A stretch of 64,000 bases of DNA from Eledone cirrhosa (Eukaryota). Where the stretch lies: the NCBI GenBank assembly GCA_964016885.1, contig OZ024742.1, positions 175,832,001-175,896,000 on the forward strand, given 5' to 3'. Under the pieces are notes generated by a model. It searched no databases. It worked only from the letters and a program-made list of their open reading frames with translations, and was not told the origin of the DNA. Positions 40,011 to 54,500 of the stretch are shown piece by piece. The position numbers were made by a program, and so were the translations under genes. The stretch's first letter is position 1; every line of letters starts with the position of its first letter.

Positions 40011-41688
40011 TGGAATTTACACCTGCATTGCTGCGATGTCACTGAAAAAATAAACGCAACCATGCCTCTCCTGGTCTCGATGGTGTTACGTACCTGCTTC
40101 TTAAACGTTGTGTGTACTTCCTTCTGCCCCAGCTATCACGCTTCTTCCAATTCTGTCTGAACAACGGTGCTACTTCAGAACAGTGGAAAATGCATGTGTC
40201 ATTCCTCTGTTCAAAAAGGGTGACTGCACATCATCTGTGAACTATCGTCCAGTCAGTCTTACTAGTTGCATTGCCAAACTGATGGAATCCTGTGTCAGAG
40301 AAACACTTTGGAACTTCTGGAACTTTCACAGTCTTATCCAGCCCTCGCAATTTGGATTTATCCCCAACTCCAGCTGCTGTGATCAACTTATCGAGTTTCT
40401 TGAAGACATCACCCGGATCACTGATGGTGGCTCATGGGTGGATGTTGTTTACCTTGACATTGCGAAAGCTTTCAATTCTGTGCCACACAAAAGGCTTACG
40501 GCAAAACACTTTGCAATGGTTGTGAAGGATGATCTTTTTAACTGGTTGAAGTCCTTCATTCTCACTCAAAGTGAGGTAGTCACGGTTCTGAGACAGCATT
40601 CCTCACCATATGAGATGTCATCTGGTGTACCACAGGGATCTGTTCTTGGCCCCCTTTTGTTTGTGGCATATATTAATGACATAGATGCCAACTTTAACAA
40701 ATGCCACAGTACTAAAGTACGCAGTTGACATCAAGCTGTACCTTGAGATAAAAAGGACAGATCCTGAACACTAGAGATCTTGCTTGCAATCTGACCTGGA
40801 CTCAATGCAACAATGGATCTCAGACTGGCAACTCAAGCTAGCTGTGGACAAGTGCACCACCATGCATTTTGGGAGTAAAAACCCAGCGTCCACATACTCC
40901 TTCCACAGCACTAATATCAAGAAGTCTTCTTGTGAAAGTGACCTGGGTATTACGGTCAGCAGCGATTTGCGTTGGACGAAGCACGTCTCTAAATTTGTCA
41001 AGAGGGCTGAGGGTGTCTTAGAATCACTCAGCAAGACCTTTGTCAGCCGCTCTCCAGCTATCTATTTAAGGCTGTACATGACTATGGTGCGGCCACACTT
41101 AGAATTTGCATCACGAGTCTTGAACCCCTATCTTGCTCAGAACATTGACTGCCTGGAAACTATTCAGAGACGTGCAACCAAGCGAATACCCTCCATTAGG
41201 CATCTACCATACTCTGAACGCCTTGCTTCCCTGGGCATGGATACATTGAAGCTCCGACGCCTGGCAACTTACTTGGTAAACACCCACAAAATTGTTAACC
41301 ATCTTGCCAACAACAACTCTGAGTACCTTTTTGATTTCCATGTGTCTAACACACATGGACATGTCCACAAAGTCAGAAAACAGCACAGTTCCCATGACTT
41401 TCGGAACAAATTGTTCACGCTCAGAGATGCTGAAGCATGGAACAAACTACCTGCATCAGTTGTTAGCTGTCGAGACACTGCATCCTTTAAAACCTCCATG
41501 CTTCCCGTGATTCGCCAATACTACACCTAATGTTCCCCCTCCATACACATACACACATGTATATCATGTTTTATACACTATTCACTTCCCTGACATTTGT
41601 ATATTATTCTATGTACTATACATGCACCTTTGACGAGTTGTAGTGCACCTGAGCATTTTATACAATAATTTCATTATTATTATTATTA
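40011..41688 (+). mobile_element. CR1-like LINE RT fragment nested in the RTE 3' UTR
   Basis: NYRPVSLTS, QFGF, YLDIAKAFNSV, SGVPQGSVLGP, YA.D, DLGI, VRPHLE; (TTA)n tail. Confidence 0.9.
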
Positions 41689-42924
41689 AGTGGGACAATT
41701 CCCGTCTAAACCCATGCTAGCATGGAAGATAGACGTTACACGATGATGATGATGATGATGATGATACTTCATTAGATATATTTAATGATGCTTTCTAACA
41801 TTACCACAAGACCAGCAAATTGGGGTAAGAGGAAGTTGATTATATCCACCTCAGTACTTAATTGGCACTTTTGTTATTCATCTCAGGGGGATGGAAGGCA
41901 AAGTTGACCTTGGCAGGATTTGAGCTCAGTGTATGTAAAGAGCTAGAACATACTGTTAATTATTTATCCAATACTCTAGTGATTCTCTCAATGCCCTTGC
42001 AAATTTAAAGAATCAGTAGTTTCTCCAGTTTTGCTGTGGTTCTGATACAGGTGATTTCTCTTTCTTTTTTTTTTTTTTTGCATATTTGCACATTTTGCAT
42101 GCTTCTTAGTGTTGATGTAACATGAACTATAGTATTTTAGAACTTTAAGAGGTGCTGATATGGGGTTTAACAGATTTTACCTAATTCTATAACATATAGC
42201 CAGGTGGTGATATTACATGATCTGGGCCAATACTGGCCGAAACCTATCATCATCACCATTATTGTAGTTTTAACGTCCATTTTCTTTGCTAGCGTGTTAT
42301 ATATTCTTCAAAATTTACTATCATACACAACAAATTAAAAAAATTACATTATTTTGAGATCTAAAGATACTGATGCTGATCCAAATTGTAATGTTTGAAA
42401 AAATAAAACATTTTAATTGAGAATAAGTTGTTTACATCCATTTCAGTTTTAATGAAAACAATAAAGAAAACTCATTTTAAATAATTATTTAGACTACATA
42501 GTTCAATGTCCTGACAGAATAGTTCAATGACATATTAGAACAGTAAAATCGCACTCAAATGATACACTAACATAACAAAATAAATCTTTATACATTGACA
42601 AGAGTACACTTTGTGTATGTTTGAATATAAAAATCCTTTAAGAGGGTCATGTTTACATTGCCCGTGATTATATGCTTGCTTAATATGAGCCAACTCAAGG
42701 TTAAACAATAACAAAATTGATTTCCAAAAGATTCTAGAAATTGATTCTTAAATCTCAACAACCTGTAATGAATTAACAGAAAAAATATAAAACTTGGGTT
42801 AGTAATTCAAATATTTCTAGTATTTTTACTGGTTGACAGATCATTGTGAAGATTTGCGGTAAATTAAAGCAAAGACTACCATTTGTAATGTGATGCAGTT
42901 ATAGTGCTGTTTTGTACTTTTCAA

Positions 42925-43110
42925 TAATTGTTTCTACTTTCGGCACAAGGCAAGCAATTACCCAGTACATTACTGGTACTTTATTTAATCGACCCCGTAA
43001 GGATGAAAGGCAAAGTCAACCTCGGCGGGATTTGAACTCAGATCGTAAAGGGACGTAACTATGCTGGAAATCATGTCCAACCCTCTACCGATACTGCCAA
43101 TTCACTGCCC
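42925..43110 (-). mobile_element. tRNA-derived SINE (same family as 9640-9830)
   Basis: Reverse-complement match; flanking duplication ttttcaataat. Confidence 0.8.
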
Positions 43111-43669
43111 TGTTTTCAATAATGTTTGCTAATGTAGTACGTGACATTAAAAGTTCACCCTTTCATTATCAATCTGCCTGAAACCTTGTATGGAGCTAGA
43201 TAAACTTGGATATGTGTGAGCTGTAATTTATTTTTCCAGGATATAGCAATTCAGTAAGGGCTTTATGCTGATTTAGTCAATTTTTACACATATTACCATA
43301 TTTCAAATCATTTTGAAAATGAGCTAGATTTTGGAAGGATGTAATAATATAACTAATTTTCTTATTGAGCTGGTTCTTTGAATAAAACATGATTTTTTTT
43401 TACATGAAATTATGATGGAATGTTTTCAGATAAATATATAAACACTTAAATACAAATAGTTTAGTATCATAAAAAATTAAGGCCTGTGTCAGTCAGTTAG
43501 CTATCAAAGCATTTAAAATATTCAGTCCCAAAGAATACATCTATTTTCTTTGGAAAAATTTAATATTTTACTTCTTGTACATACATAAACATTATTCATC
43601 ACAATCAAAGACATCTTGAAACAGCCTCTGTCATAATATTTTTTTATTTTGTTGATGTTTCAATTAATT

Positions 43670-43858
43670 AATTGTTTCTACGTTTGGCACAAGGCCAGCA
43701 ATTACCCAGTACATTACTGGTACTTTATTTTATCGATCACATAAGGATGCAAGGCAAAGTTAACCTCGGCGGGATTGGAACTCAGAATGGCAAGGGCCGT
43801 AACTCTTTGCGTCAAAGCATGGCGTCTGACCCTCTACCGATACTGCCAATCCACCGCC
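43670..43858 (-). mobile_element. tRNA-derived SINE (same family as 9640-9830)
   Basis: Reverse-complement match over the full length. Confidence 0.8.
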
Positions 43859-44544
43859 ATTAATTAATTGATGTTTCAATTAATTAATGCCCTTCATTTT
43901 CAAATATCAAAAACAACCCATATTCTGGCATTCCATTAGTTCCTATATAACTACAATTTATTTTTCCAAATATTTCCACAATCCATTAGTCTATAAATCA
44001 CAATCCATTAGTCTATAAATCATAAACAGTGTTAATTTCCTGCTATTTCTAACCATATATCACTTTAGTTCACATATCCTGTTGTTTTAGAATATTTCAG
44101 TCAGCTTCCTGTTCTTATATATTTTAATTGAAACTGTATGTATTATCTATTTTAGCTAAACTTCTCCATAATTATTTCAAATAATTTTACATTTTACAGA
44201 AACTCAATAAATAGAAGTTTGACAGTCATTAGATTTTCTCATCTCTGACTAATATTATTTCAATTCATTCCTAACTGAATTGCTATCCTGTGGATTCTAA
44301 TTTTCTACTATAGCTACAGGCATGGCTGAGTGGTTATGGTATTTGCTTAACAACATGAACTAGGGTTCAGTCCTAATATAACATTGAAGAAGTACTTTCT
44401 ACAGCCACATGTTGACCAATGCCTTGTGAATGAAGTTTGGTAGTCAGAAACTGCAGTTATTGGATGCATGTATACATATATATATATATACAGACACTCA
44501 CACACATATATATACATACACACGCATACATACAAATATTCTCT

Positions 44545-45100
44545 GTCATGCATAGTAGGCTGTGGGTGTTGTAATCAGTGCAGCCTTTGATGTTGTCAAA
44601 CCAGAATTTTCTTCTTTGTCTGCCTCTTCTTCACACTCCCTCGACTTTGCTCTGAAGGATGCTTTTAAACAAGAAGTCGTGGCAGTATGCATAATAGGCA
44701 AGCTTCCATCTTTTCCCCATTGCAAAGAGAGGTTTCTGTTTGCCAGCATATTTCTTCCTGACAAAGCTGTTTGTTTTGTGCTCCGTGTATAGGATGTGTA
44801 ACGACCTTCTGAAGTACTTGTGCTCAAATGACTGGATTTTTCATTCTATGTCAGTTTGAGACCCCAACACTCACACCCATACAAAAGGATCAAAGTCACC
44901 AAGGATTTGTATAGTTTCAGCTTCATTTGAAAGCTTATAAATTTGCTTTTTCCCAAAGGCATTCAGCCTTACCATGACAGAAGTGACAAGGGTGAGTCTT
45001 GTCAGTATCTCCTTTTGAGATTTGCTGTCTTTGGTCAGAGTGGCTCCGAGGTACTTGAAGGTGTCCACTTCTTCAAACAAACTTACATCATGCAAAAATT
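44545..45100 (-). mobile_element. Decayed LINE RT C-terminal fragment (RTE-like)
   Basis: EEVDTFKYLGATL, LLYGCE remnants. Confidence 0.65.
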
Positions 45101-47309
45101 TCAGTTGTAGCAGATGCTTTTGATGTGGCTAGACCTTTGGATGTTTGCCCTTATAAATTTGTTGGTGTTAGCACTAACAATATTGATGTTGACAGCTTTT
45201 CTCACCTTGGTGATAGGTGATGGTGGAGCTAGTGTTTCTGTTTCTGTTGGAGATCTGCATGGAAATCATTTCGAAATCTACAAATCCTGACTGGAAGATG
45301 CCTATCCCTTGAAACATGAGGCAGGTTTTCTAATGTGTGTTTGATCTACAGGAGAGACTGTAAATGCTATGGTTTGCTGGATATGGGGTGTCAAAATCTC
45401 AGATAGAATCCACATGGTATCTCTCTACCAAAATTTAAAGTTTCCAGCACTCAACTGTGTTTTAAGATCATTCAGAGTGTGTTGGATTTAACATGTGAAA
45501 CATAATGATACATCAATGTACCAAAATTGTGGCCCCTACTAGAGGGAGAAGACCTGGGATGAGGTAATCAGAGATGATCTGAATGTCTGGAATCTGGACT
45601 AAAACATATCTGGAGAGATGCTTTGAAAGAGGCTACCAAAATGTACAATGCTTGTGACAAGTAAAGAAGACATTAAACCAGACAACAAGGATATATATAT
45701 ATACAAATGTACATTAAGATAAACTTGTGCTATTACATAAATTTATTTATGTTATGTGCATTTCAACGATGTCTGATGTTATTATGTAATTTAAACTTAG
45801 GCTGGCATAGCATCTTCAGACGATATTTTGCATTTAAGCAGAAGTTACACAAAAAATGATATAATGTTAAACTCGACATCCATATCCACTGCATTCTGTT
45901 GTGTATTTCATTGCTTTCCACATTTATGTACATATGAACCCAATTGTATTTATGTTTGTGCCTGTGTATGTCCTATAACTTAACACTTCAACAAAAGAGA
46001 TCGATAAAATATGCACCAGACTTGGAAAATAAGCACCGGGTTCAATATTATAGACAAAAAAAAAATCAAAATATTTCAACAAAAGTGTTAAAGAATGAAA
46101 ATATGAGATGAAGACATTAATATTAGTACAACTTTTAAGCTATTTTGTAAATCATACAAGACGTCTGCTATAACAGCTGCTAAATCTGATCTTCCAGCTT
46201 ATTTTCTAAACCCTTGAGGTCACCAATCTTTAGAACCTATGACAATGAATTCATACAATATGCATGAACAAACCTATTGATTTCAGAAGAAGATCATATT
46301 CTCATTTTAATAAATGTATCCTCTAAATACAGCTTTCATTGATATTTCAAGTATAATTTTATACAAGTCTTAGAAAAACTATATATGTGTGTGTTTCTTG
46401 TATGTTAGTCCACTTTAATATTCTTTAGTCTTTACTTGTTTCAGTTATTAGACTGCACCCAAGCTAAGGCACTAGCTTTAAGGGAATTAGTTGATCATTC
46501 CACTCCCAGTACATATTGTTTGCTATGAAAAAATATCAAATGTAAAAGGTCATCTTTCAACTGCAGTGAATATCAACTTCACTACATCCCACTAGTAGTT
46601 CATCTCATGCATGTCCACCAATAGATCTTAATACCAACATCCCTAGACATGGTATTGGGATAAGTCAGTTTATGGGATTTGTAGCCAATTAGCTCTGGTT
46701 CCCAAAGGATAATGTGTAACACTGCCTCATTAGCAGCTCTATAGCAGTGACCAGCAAACTGAACCTTCTTGCTTTAACAATCTGTGAAACTCTTGGAAGT
46801 TCACCACAGATTTGCTGGAGCATTGATTTATACATTTTTAACATAAATGTTTTGTTGCCTTGATGTCAAAGTCCAGGTTTTTGAACCATAAAGAAAAGTT
46901 AGTTCAATTATTGCTTTTAAAGTTTTAACTTTGATTTTATCATCAAGGTTTGGGGTCCAGATTTTATTCAGGTCATTACAAGCCCTCTAGGCCACGGTAT
47001 TTATTGTTTTGCAGACTTTCTCTGAGTTAGAGATGAAGGAATCAAGATATCTATAGTCACTGATAAGTTTAAGTTCTTAATTATTTCATGTTTTCATTGT
47101 GGAGTAATAATGGACTAATGAATTCATTAGTCCATTATTTCAATTACATAATGAAAAAATCTGAAGGAATTTAAATGTATTAATTAATTGGTTACAAAGA
47201 TAAATTAACATAAGTTTCTTGAATAAAATTTTGTTGGAAGATTTTAATTTAATAACGGCAAAGCTATTCTAGAGAACATATCACAGGTAGCAGATAGCAA
47301 TAGGGCCAG

Positions 47310-48185
47310 ATATGTGGGTGTCAAACTGCCAAGGCTGCATAATGTCACCTCTCTTGTTCAGAATCTTCATGGAGAAGGTTGACAAGCACAGCCAGGTTGG
47401 AAGTGATATCAAGATAGGTGGGTGTAGGATCAGTCTACTGAAATTTGTGGATGATATGGTATTACTTAACTCATTAAAAAATCATCTCCTACATGCACTT
47501 GGTAGGTTTGAGGCCAAGTGCTGCATGGCAGAAAGGAAAATTAGTGCTGTGAAGACTGAGACACTTGTCCTCTCAAGAATACCTGAGCTGTACATTTTAG
47601 AAGTATCTCGGGGCTCTATTCATGAGTGAGGGAAGGCAGGTAGCTGAATTAGGTGCAAGAATTGCAGGAGTTGGTGCAGTCATACGTCAATTTATAATTT
47701 GGTCATCAGAAGAAGGGAGGTAGGTATAAAAGCCAAATGTGTTATTCGTGCCAACCCTTACCTATGGTCATGAATCTTGGGTAATGATTGAAAGAATACG
47801 ATTGTGAATGCAATTGACTAAAATGGGGTCCTCTGTCAGGCCTTTGGAATAATGTTACACAATAGAGTACATAGCTTGGACATCAAAGTCATTCGAGGTA
47901 GAATCACTACTTCTTAGAATTGAGAGATCACAGGTCCAATATTTCAGATATATGAATAGAATTTCTCAGGAAACAATTACTGGAGAAATTTATGAGCAAA
48001 GCAACTGGCAGGAATCTCAGCGGTAGACCCCAAGCAAAATGGTTGGATAATGGATAACATCCATTTGTTTGTCTGGTTTTGCTTAGGGATTGAGCCAGAT
48101 TTATTTGAAATATTTACTTCTGACAGGAATGCTGGAAGTTGTACTTGAGGACACTGCCCCTACAACCTTCTCAGGAATAAGTGGG
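47310..48185 (+). mobile_element. Decayed RTE-like LINE fragment
   Basis: QGCIMSPLLF, FVDD, KYLG, PTLTYGHESW, GRP remnants. Confidence 0.7.
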
Positions 48186-48430
48186 AGGAGAAAAAGTAAA
48201 AGAAGAAGAAACAGAAAAAGAAAAAAGAAAAAAGAAAAGAAAAGGAAAAAAAAGAAAAGGAAAGAAAAGAAGAAAAAGAAAAGAAGTAAAAGAAAAGAAA
48301 AGAATAAAAGAAAAAGAAAAGAAGTAAAGAAAAAAGAAAAGAGGGAAAGGAAAAGAAAAAGAAGAGAAAAAGAAGAAAAAAAGAAGAGAAAAAGAAGAGA
48401 AAAAGAAGAGAAAAGAAGATAAAAGAAGAG
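48186..48430 (+). repeat. Polypurine (A/G) low-complexity tract
   Basis: Direct reading; causes the K/R/E and F/L pseudo-ORFs. Confidence 0.9.
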
Positions 48431-48539
48431 TATAATTAAAGTAAGAATCCTTTTAAATGAGTGATTTTGTTTCATAGAAGCAGGGCCAGATTTGGCCAGG
48501 TAGGTATGAAGAAGGATAAAAACTATCTAAAAGGGTCAT

Positions 48540-49513
48540 TGCTATGAAGGAAATCTTGGGGAAGAACTCAAGAAGGTACTTAAAAACGACTGATTCTTGG
48601 TTGAGAGCCTTCACAAACTGCTTTATCAACCCCAACTTAATGTGCAGTGGCGGCATGAGCACAATCCTGGGATCAACCAGTGGCTCCCACATGACGTTCC
48701 GAGTCCCAACTACAAATTCTGTTCGCTGCTCCCAGTTCTTTCTTTTGTAGTGGTCAGAGGTGGCTCTGCTGACCCAAAGACAGAGGAAGCATTGGAATTT
48801 GATAAAGCATCCTTGGAGTCGAAGCAGCAAAGCCACCATCTTGAAGTCTCCAATGATTTCCCAATTGTACTGGTTGTATTGCAGAGCTTACAAGAGGACT
48901 TTCACACTGTAGTAATCTTCCATCAGGCAGACTGAATGAGCTAGGGGCAGTGTCGGGAACTTGTTTCCATTGTAGAGGAGGATAGCCTTCAAACTTGTGG
49001 TGGAGCTGTCTATAAATAGCTGCCACTCCTTGGGCACAAATGGCACCCCAATAACGTCAAACAGTCCGGGCACATCATGGCAGAAGCAGAGACCATCCCT
49101 ACGAGTGTAAAAGCCTGACCAAGTTCCACTGCTTCATCCTGGAGATGAATGCTTAAAACACATCTTACCCTTTATTCAGGGTGCAAAAATTCCAGTATCA
49201 ATAAATCTCTTTAATCCACTTTTTAACAATTTTATACTTTATTGCACTTTTATAATTTTCTTTAGGTATTACTCTTTATTTTATAATTTTAATTTAACCT
49301 GAAACATATATGAAAAAATAATTTAACATAAGCAAATTAAACTTACATACAATGTAAAATCCAGCATACAAATAATTCTAGTGAATAGTTTAGAATGTTT
49401 ACAAACCCAAACTTTTAACTGTTTAATAGCACTTTTTTATTTATTTGGCCCTAAGCAACACAAAAAAGTGATTACAAGCCAGGAACAGAAAAAAATGTGT
49501 TTGTTACACGGTG
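48540..49513 (-). mobile_element. DNA transposon remnant, Chapaev3-like transposase
   Basis: WQLFIDSS..SLKAILLYNGN, GDFKMV, CFLCLW, PPLHIKLGLIKQFVKAL; putative terminus CACCGTGTAACAA at 49513; family assignment from recall of motifs. Confidence 0.65.
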
Positions 49514-49599
49514 TTATTAATTCCAGATTTATGTAACATAAAGCTGTAGAAAATGATTCAATGTCATCATCCAGACAACAGACTACACATCAGCATGGG

Positions 49600-50590
49600 A
49601 TATTTTTCTCCACAAAGTTCGATAACCAACAGCAGAGTTTAAAGAGCAAAGATCAAATCCAGCCCATAAGTTGATATTGTCAAGCCATCATTTTTGCTGC
49701 CGGCCTCTGCTTCTCTTACCAGCCAACCTTCCTTCTAGGCATAACTTACACCATGAGTTCATCTTTTGATGTGACCATACAGTTTAAACACTCTTGACCT
49801 GACAACTGATGTGATTGGTCTAAGCCTGGTGATGTTTAGCAGCCCACCGATACAGATATGATCACTGAGTCGCTTGCCAGTCATAAGTCTCATGATGTGG
49901 TTCTGGAATGTAGAGAGCTTCTGAAATGACATTGTCATCCAATTAACACAGTCAAGACCATATAACACAACTGGTAGGATGTAAGTATTGAAGATCTTAA
50001 CCTTCAAATGATAGGAACCTCGTTTTGATGTTAGTACTTCCTTGTTCCTGTTGAAAGCTGCCCAACCTAAAGCGATGTGATACTGCACAACAACCATTCC
50101 ATTGTTGTTTGATGATAGTTTGTGACCGAGATATACAAACTCCGTAACTTGAGCAATTTGCTGGTTGCAGATTGGCATTGTTTTTATCAGTTGTCATACA
50201 CTTTGGTTAGGAGATGTTGATGTGGAAGCCAGCTACCAGCGAATGTTTGGCCAGTACATTCAGAAAGTCTTGCAGATCATTTCTAGAGGCACTCATGATG
50301 GCCAGATCGTCTGCATAGCTAAGATTTGATAGGATTTTACCTCCTATTTCTTAGCCAGAGGAGCATTCTTCTTCAGTTTGGTCGATAAGTGCAGCTGTAA
50401 CTATGCAGAAAAGAAGTGCTGATAGAACAACCCCTTGCTTAACTCCCTTCAAGATGGTGATACACCCTGCAGTTCCTAAATCTGTTTTGATATATGCTGT
50501 TGAGTTGGTGTGAGTTTCTTTCAGTAGGTTAATGTATTTCTTGTTAATTGAGGTTTTGTTTAAGAGTTGCTACAAGCTGGGTAGTTTCAT
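49600..50590 (-). mobile_element. Decayed LINE RT fragment
   Basis: GVKQGVVLS, LSYADDL, FVYLG, LPVVLYG, YGHIKR. Confidence 0.8.
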
Positions 50591-51957
50591 GTCAAAAGTT
50601 TTAATGTAGTCATATATAATTGTTTAAGAATAATAAACAAGGCATAAACTTTCCAAGACAACCTCAGTAGTGTTGGTGCCACAATGAAATGCCTCAAGTA
50701 CACTGTGTAAATTGGTTGGCAAGTGAGTGTGGATAACTGTGTGTCAAAAGGAGCCTTTTGCTCTGCCAAGGACCTATCCTCACTAGTACTGGTATCATGA
50801 TAAAATGAATCCAGTACACTTTCTTATGTGGGTGATATTAAGGGATTCCATCCATAGAAATCACACCAAACATGTAACAATTTTTAAACTGGGATGTTGT
50901 CCTCTGACATGTCTAAGTGGGGAGTAACTGACAGATTGTGACAAACTGTGCAACTCATGCCAGTATGGAAATGGGATGTAAAAGGATGATGATGACACAC
51001 ACACATGTTGTTTGTCTGTATCATCTTATGGAAATTAACACACCTTTTATTGCAGATCATTTTGGAAGTCACAAAAGATTAAATTTTCCAAGTATATCTG
51101 ATAACAAAATTCATCACACAAAAACTAAATAACTTCTGACGGTGAAGCTGTGTAGTCCAATGATTAGGGTATTAGACTCATGATCTTAAGGTTGTGTGTT
51201 CATTTCCTGCATTGGACAGTGCATTGTGTTCTTTCTTGAGCTAGATACTGCATTTCCCATTGCCTTTTATGTTAGAACAGAGGCCCCAATCATCAAAGCA
51301 CATGAGAAACTGTACAAGATTCAACGTATATATGAGCTGTAAATTTCATTTGTTGTCAAATCCTTCTGATACCAATCCACATAAAACCGCCCTGGGTTTA
51401 TGATACAAAGCAGTTTTTTTAGAGTGTTTATGTTTAAATTTAAACCTCCCATCACAACTTTATGTAAGAAACGTTAAGCCATCTTTCACATACCAACATA
51501 GATTACCTAAGTAGGGTTATATTACTAAATCCCTCCAAATTCTTGATTATTTTCAAAATTAATTAGAAATCAGAATTAAGAAGGGTTAAGCTGTGTTTGT
51601 TCCTTCTAATATGTGGTATTTAAATTCCCAGAATATTATACTGATGCTTGATTTCAAAACAAAACCCCAAAAAGAATAGTTGTTTATAACTGGCACCAGA
51701 TTAACAGATTAATTACTTTTCCAATTAGGTTTACAGCATTTCAGTTCAGTTCCACATAAACTATAGAAAGATGTCATAAATGAAATCCCACAAAATTCCA
51801 GTAAAATTTGTTTTTTAATGATTAGGAAAAATAAATATAAATTCACATAAAGCATTGAAAAGTTGGGTAGATTTGAAATGCAAAAAATAACTGTAATCAC
51901 AGTTGATTGCTATAAACAATAAATTAGTAAAGTACTTCGGAAAAAAGAGTGGCCAGC

Positions 51958-52007
51958 AGTCACTATGAAGAATCAAACTCTTCAGAGTTTGATTCTTCAT
52001 AGTGACT
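51958..52007. repeat. Perfect 23-bp hairpin
   Basis: agtcactatgaagaatcaaactc-ttca-gagtttgattcttcatagtgact. Confidence 0.9.
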
Positions 52008-52379
52008 CCATCTTGTACCTCCATCTTGTTATTCAGTTGTTCAACAATGCAACAACCTGCTCATAAATTAGTATGTAAGTTGGTGAGCAAACCACAGACA
52101 TGTGCGAACTTAAGAGTTTTCCAGGAGATCCAACTTGATACCGTATGTGATAAGGCTGGCACACTGAACTACCGATAGAGAGTTCAATTCTTTGTATCAG
52201 CTGCTGGTCACTTTTTTCATGTCTATAGGGGAATTGTACCAAATTTTGAAAGCCATTGACTGTGGCTACAGTTATTTCCTGTGTTTGGGATTCCTACGCA
52301 TTCTAAGAAAAAAATTATATAGTTTGTATGAAGTATAGTAGGCAGTGAATTGGCAGAAACATGAGAAAATTGGATAAAA

Positions 52380-53280
52380 TGGAAGAGCTCATTTTTTCCA
52401 GCTGAGTAAAATTAGGTGCTTGGCTCCCAGAGAAGAATGCACTGCCCAATATAGTTGGTTATTAACGACATTAGAATAAGAAAAAAAAGAAGAGGAAACC
52501 GAGGAAAATCTGAAGGAGGAAAGTTTGGAGACTAAAGGACCTTTCTGTTGATTATAAGTTGAGGAAAGCTTTACGTAAGGAATATGAGAAGGAAGATCAG
52601 TTAGACATATATGACATAGAAGAAATTGGAATTTCTGTGTGATAACCTACTACAGTCTACTGAAGAGACTTGTGGTTAGTGAAAAGTATCAGCCTCACAG
52701 ACAGTAAACTGGTGTTGAAACAACACAGTAAATAGAGCCATTAATGTCAAAAGAGACATGCATAGAAAGACTGCAAACATGGGGGTAGCAGAAACCAGTG
52801 CTTGGTAGCTAAAAGGGTGGCTAAGCATCAAGTATAACTAGCATGAAAACAGGCTGAAAGAAGGAGTTTTGTGACATGAAGGTCAGAGACATGAGGTGTT
52901 ATGCATTGCAAAGCAGTTCAGTGTGAATTGGGATGTTTTGCGGGTAAAATTGTGTTCAAAATGACACTGTTACCCTTTGCCTTACTGATGCTTAAAAGAA
53001 GGAAGCCTGTAAATGCTACTTCGAGAGGTTAATGAATGTGGAAAATGAATGTGAAGAAGAGAGATTACCTCCAACTGACCCAAAAGAGGGACAAGCTATC
53101 GAAATTGAGAGTTATAGGGTCAAAAAAGCAATCAAGGAGATGAAAAATGGTGTAGCCACAGGACCATCTGAGATAGTTGCTGGAATGCAGACAGCATAAG
53201 GGGAAGTAAGAGTTGCACTGGAAACCTGTATAGTCAATCAGGTACAGTACAAAGCTATACCCTATGACGGTGCAGCAGCG
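52380..53280 (+). mobile_element. Highly decayed LINE (RTE) tether region
   Basis: KAIKEMKNG.ATGP.EIV.. and W.CYFERLMNVEN remnants. Confidence 0.55.
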
Positions 53281-53479
53281 ATTTAAAGAGAAACGTGATT
53301 GCTATTTATAACACGCTGAATTAATACATGAAGGTTCCTCTGTTGTCTTGTGTATGTAAGTATGTAAGTGTATATTTGTGTGTATTATATATCAGGGCTT
53401 TCCTGGTGATTTCCTTCGAATGAAACAGTTCTAGTCCTCTAGAAGTCATGTCTATATTATATATATATATATATATTAT

Positions 53480-54500
53480 GGTGCCCACAGAATACTAGCT
53501 CATTCCATTGCACAGAGGGTTCTATAGAAATAGTGGACAGCTTCCGTTACCTGGGTGACAAAATCAGCAGTGGGGGAGGGTGCTCTGAAAGTACAGTAGC
53601 TAGAGTCAGAACTGGATGGAAAAAGTTCAGAGAGCTTATACCACTATTAGCCACTAAAGTGTTCTCCCTAAAAATGAAAGGCAGTCTGTATGATGCCTGC
53701 ATACGAACAGCAATGTTACATGGCAGTGAGACCTGGGCATTGTGTGCAGAGGATATACGCAGACTGGAGAGGAACGAAGCTTGCATGCTCCGCTGGATGT
53801 GTAATAGTAATATACGTGAACGGCAAAGCATAAACGAACTAAGGGAAAAATTAGAAATAAGAGGGATCAGATGTTGTTTACTCGAGAGAAGGCTACGTTG
53901 GTATGGTCACGAGATGCGCATGAAAGACGACAGCTGTATAAAAAAATGCAGGGCAATAAAAATAGACGGTAGCCACGGAGTAGGCAGACCTAGAAAAACC
54001 TGGGACAACTTGATAAATTCCGACCTCACACACTTACACCTCTCCAAGATAATGTCACTGGACCGATATCTTTGGCTCTACACAGTAATAGAGAAGATCC
54101 GCCTTACCTAAGTACAAAGTGAAACCTACAGTCAGTAGGCACCTCTAACAAAATACACCCCCGTCCCACTACACCCACCCCATCCACACCACCCCTTTCA
54201 ATGTAAAGTAATGTTGCTACCACAACATCCAGCCCGAAACAAATGAGGTCGTATAGGTGTCACAACAAAAAAAACACACAGTCCACACTGTAATGTGGCC
54301 ATGTAGGTAACATGGTAAAAACCTCCCAGTTCCACACTGTAAATGTGGTTGGTGTTAGGAAGGGCATACAGCCGTAGAAAACCCGCCAGACAGTCCTATG
54401 TGAGCAAGACAACCACTCTTGCCTCAAGTGGGAAAGTTCCCGTCCAAACCCATGCAAGCAGAGAATATGGACGTTAAACGATGATGATGATGATGATGAT
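53480..54500 (+). mobile_element. RTE-type LINE 3' fragment with (GAT)n tail
   Basis: ORF 53533-54111: FRYLGD, LHGSETW, MLRWMC, RRLRWYGH, GRPRKTW. Confidence 0.88.

Noticed and set aside
48090-48475. Lys/Arg-rich and Phe-rich ORFs
   Set aside because: Polypurine low-complexity tract
52270-52300. GIPNTGNNC resembling a USP Cys box
   Set aside because: Frame stops 14 codons later and the following residues do not fit the USP pattern
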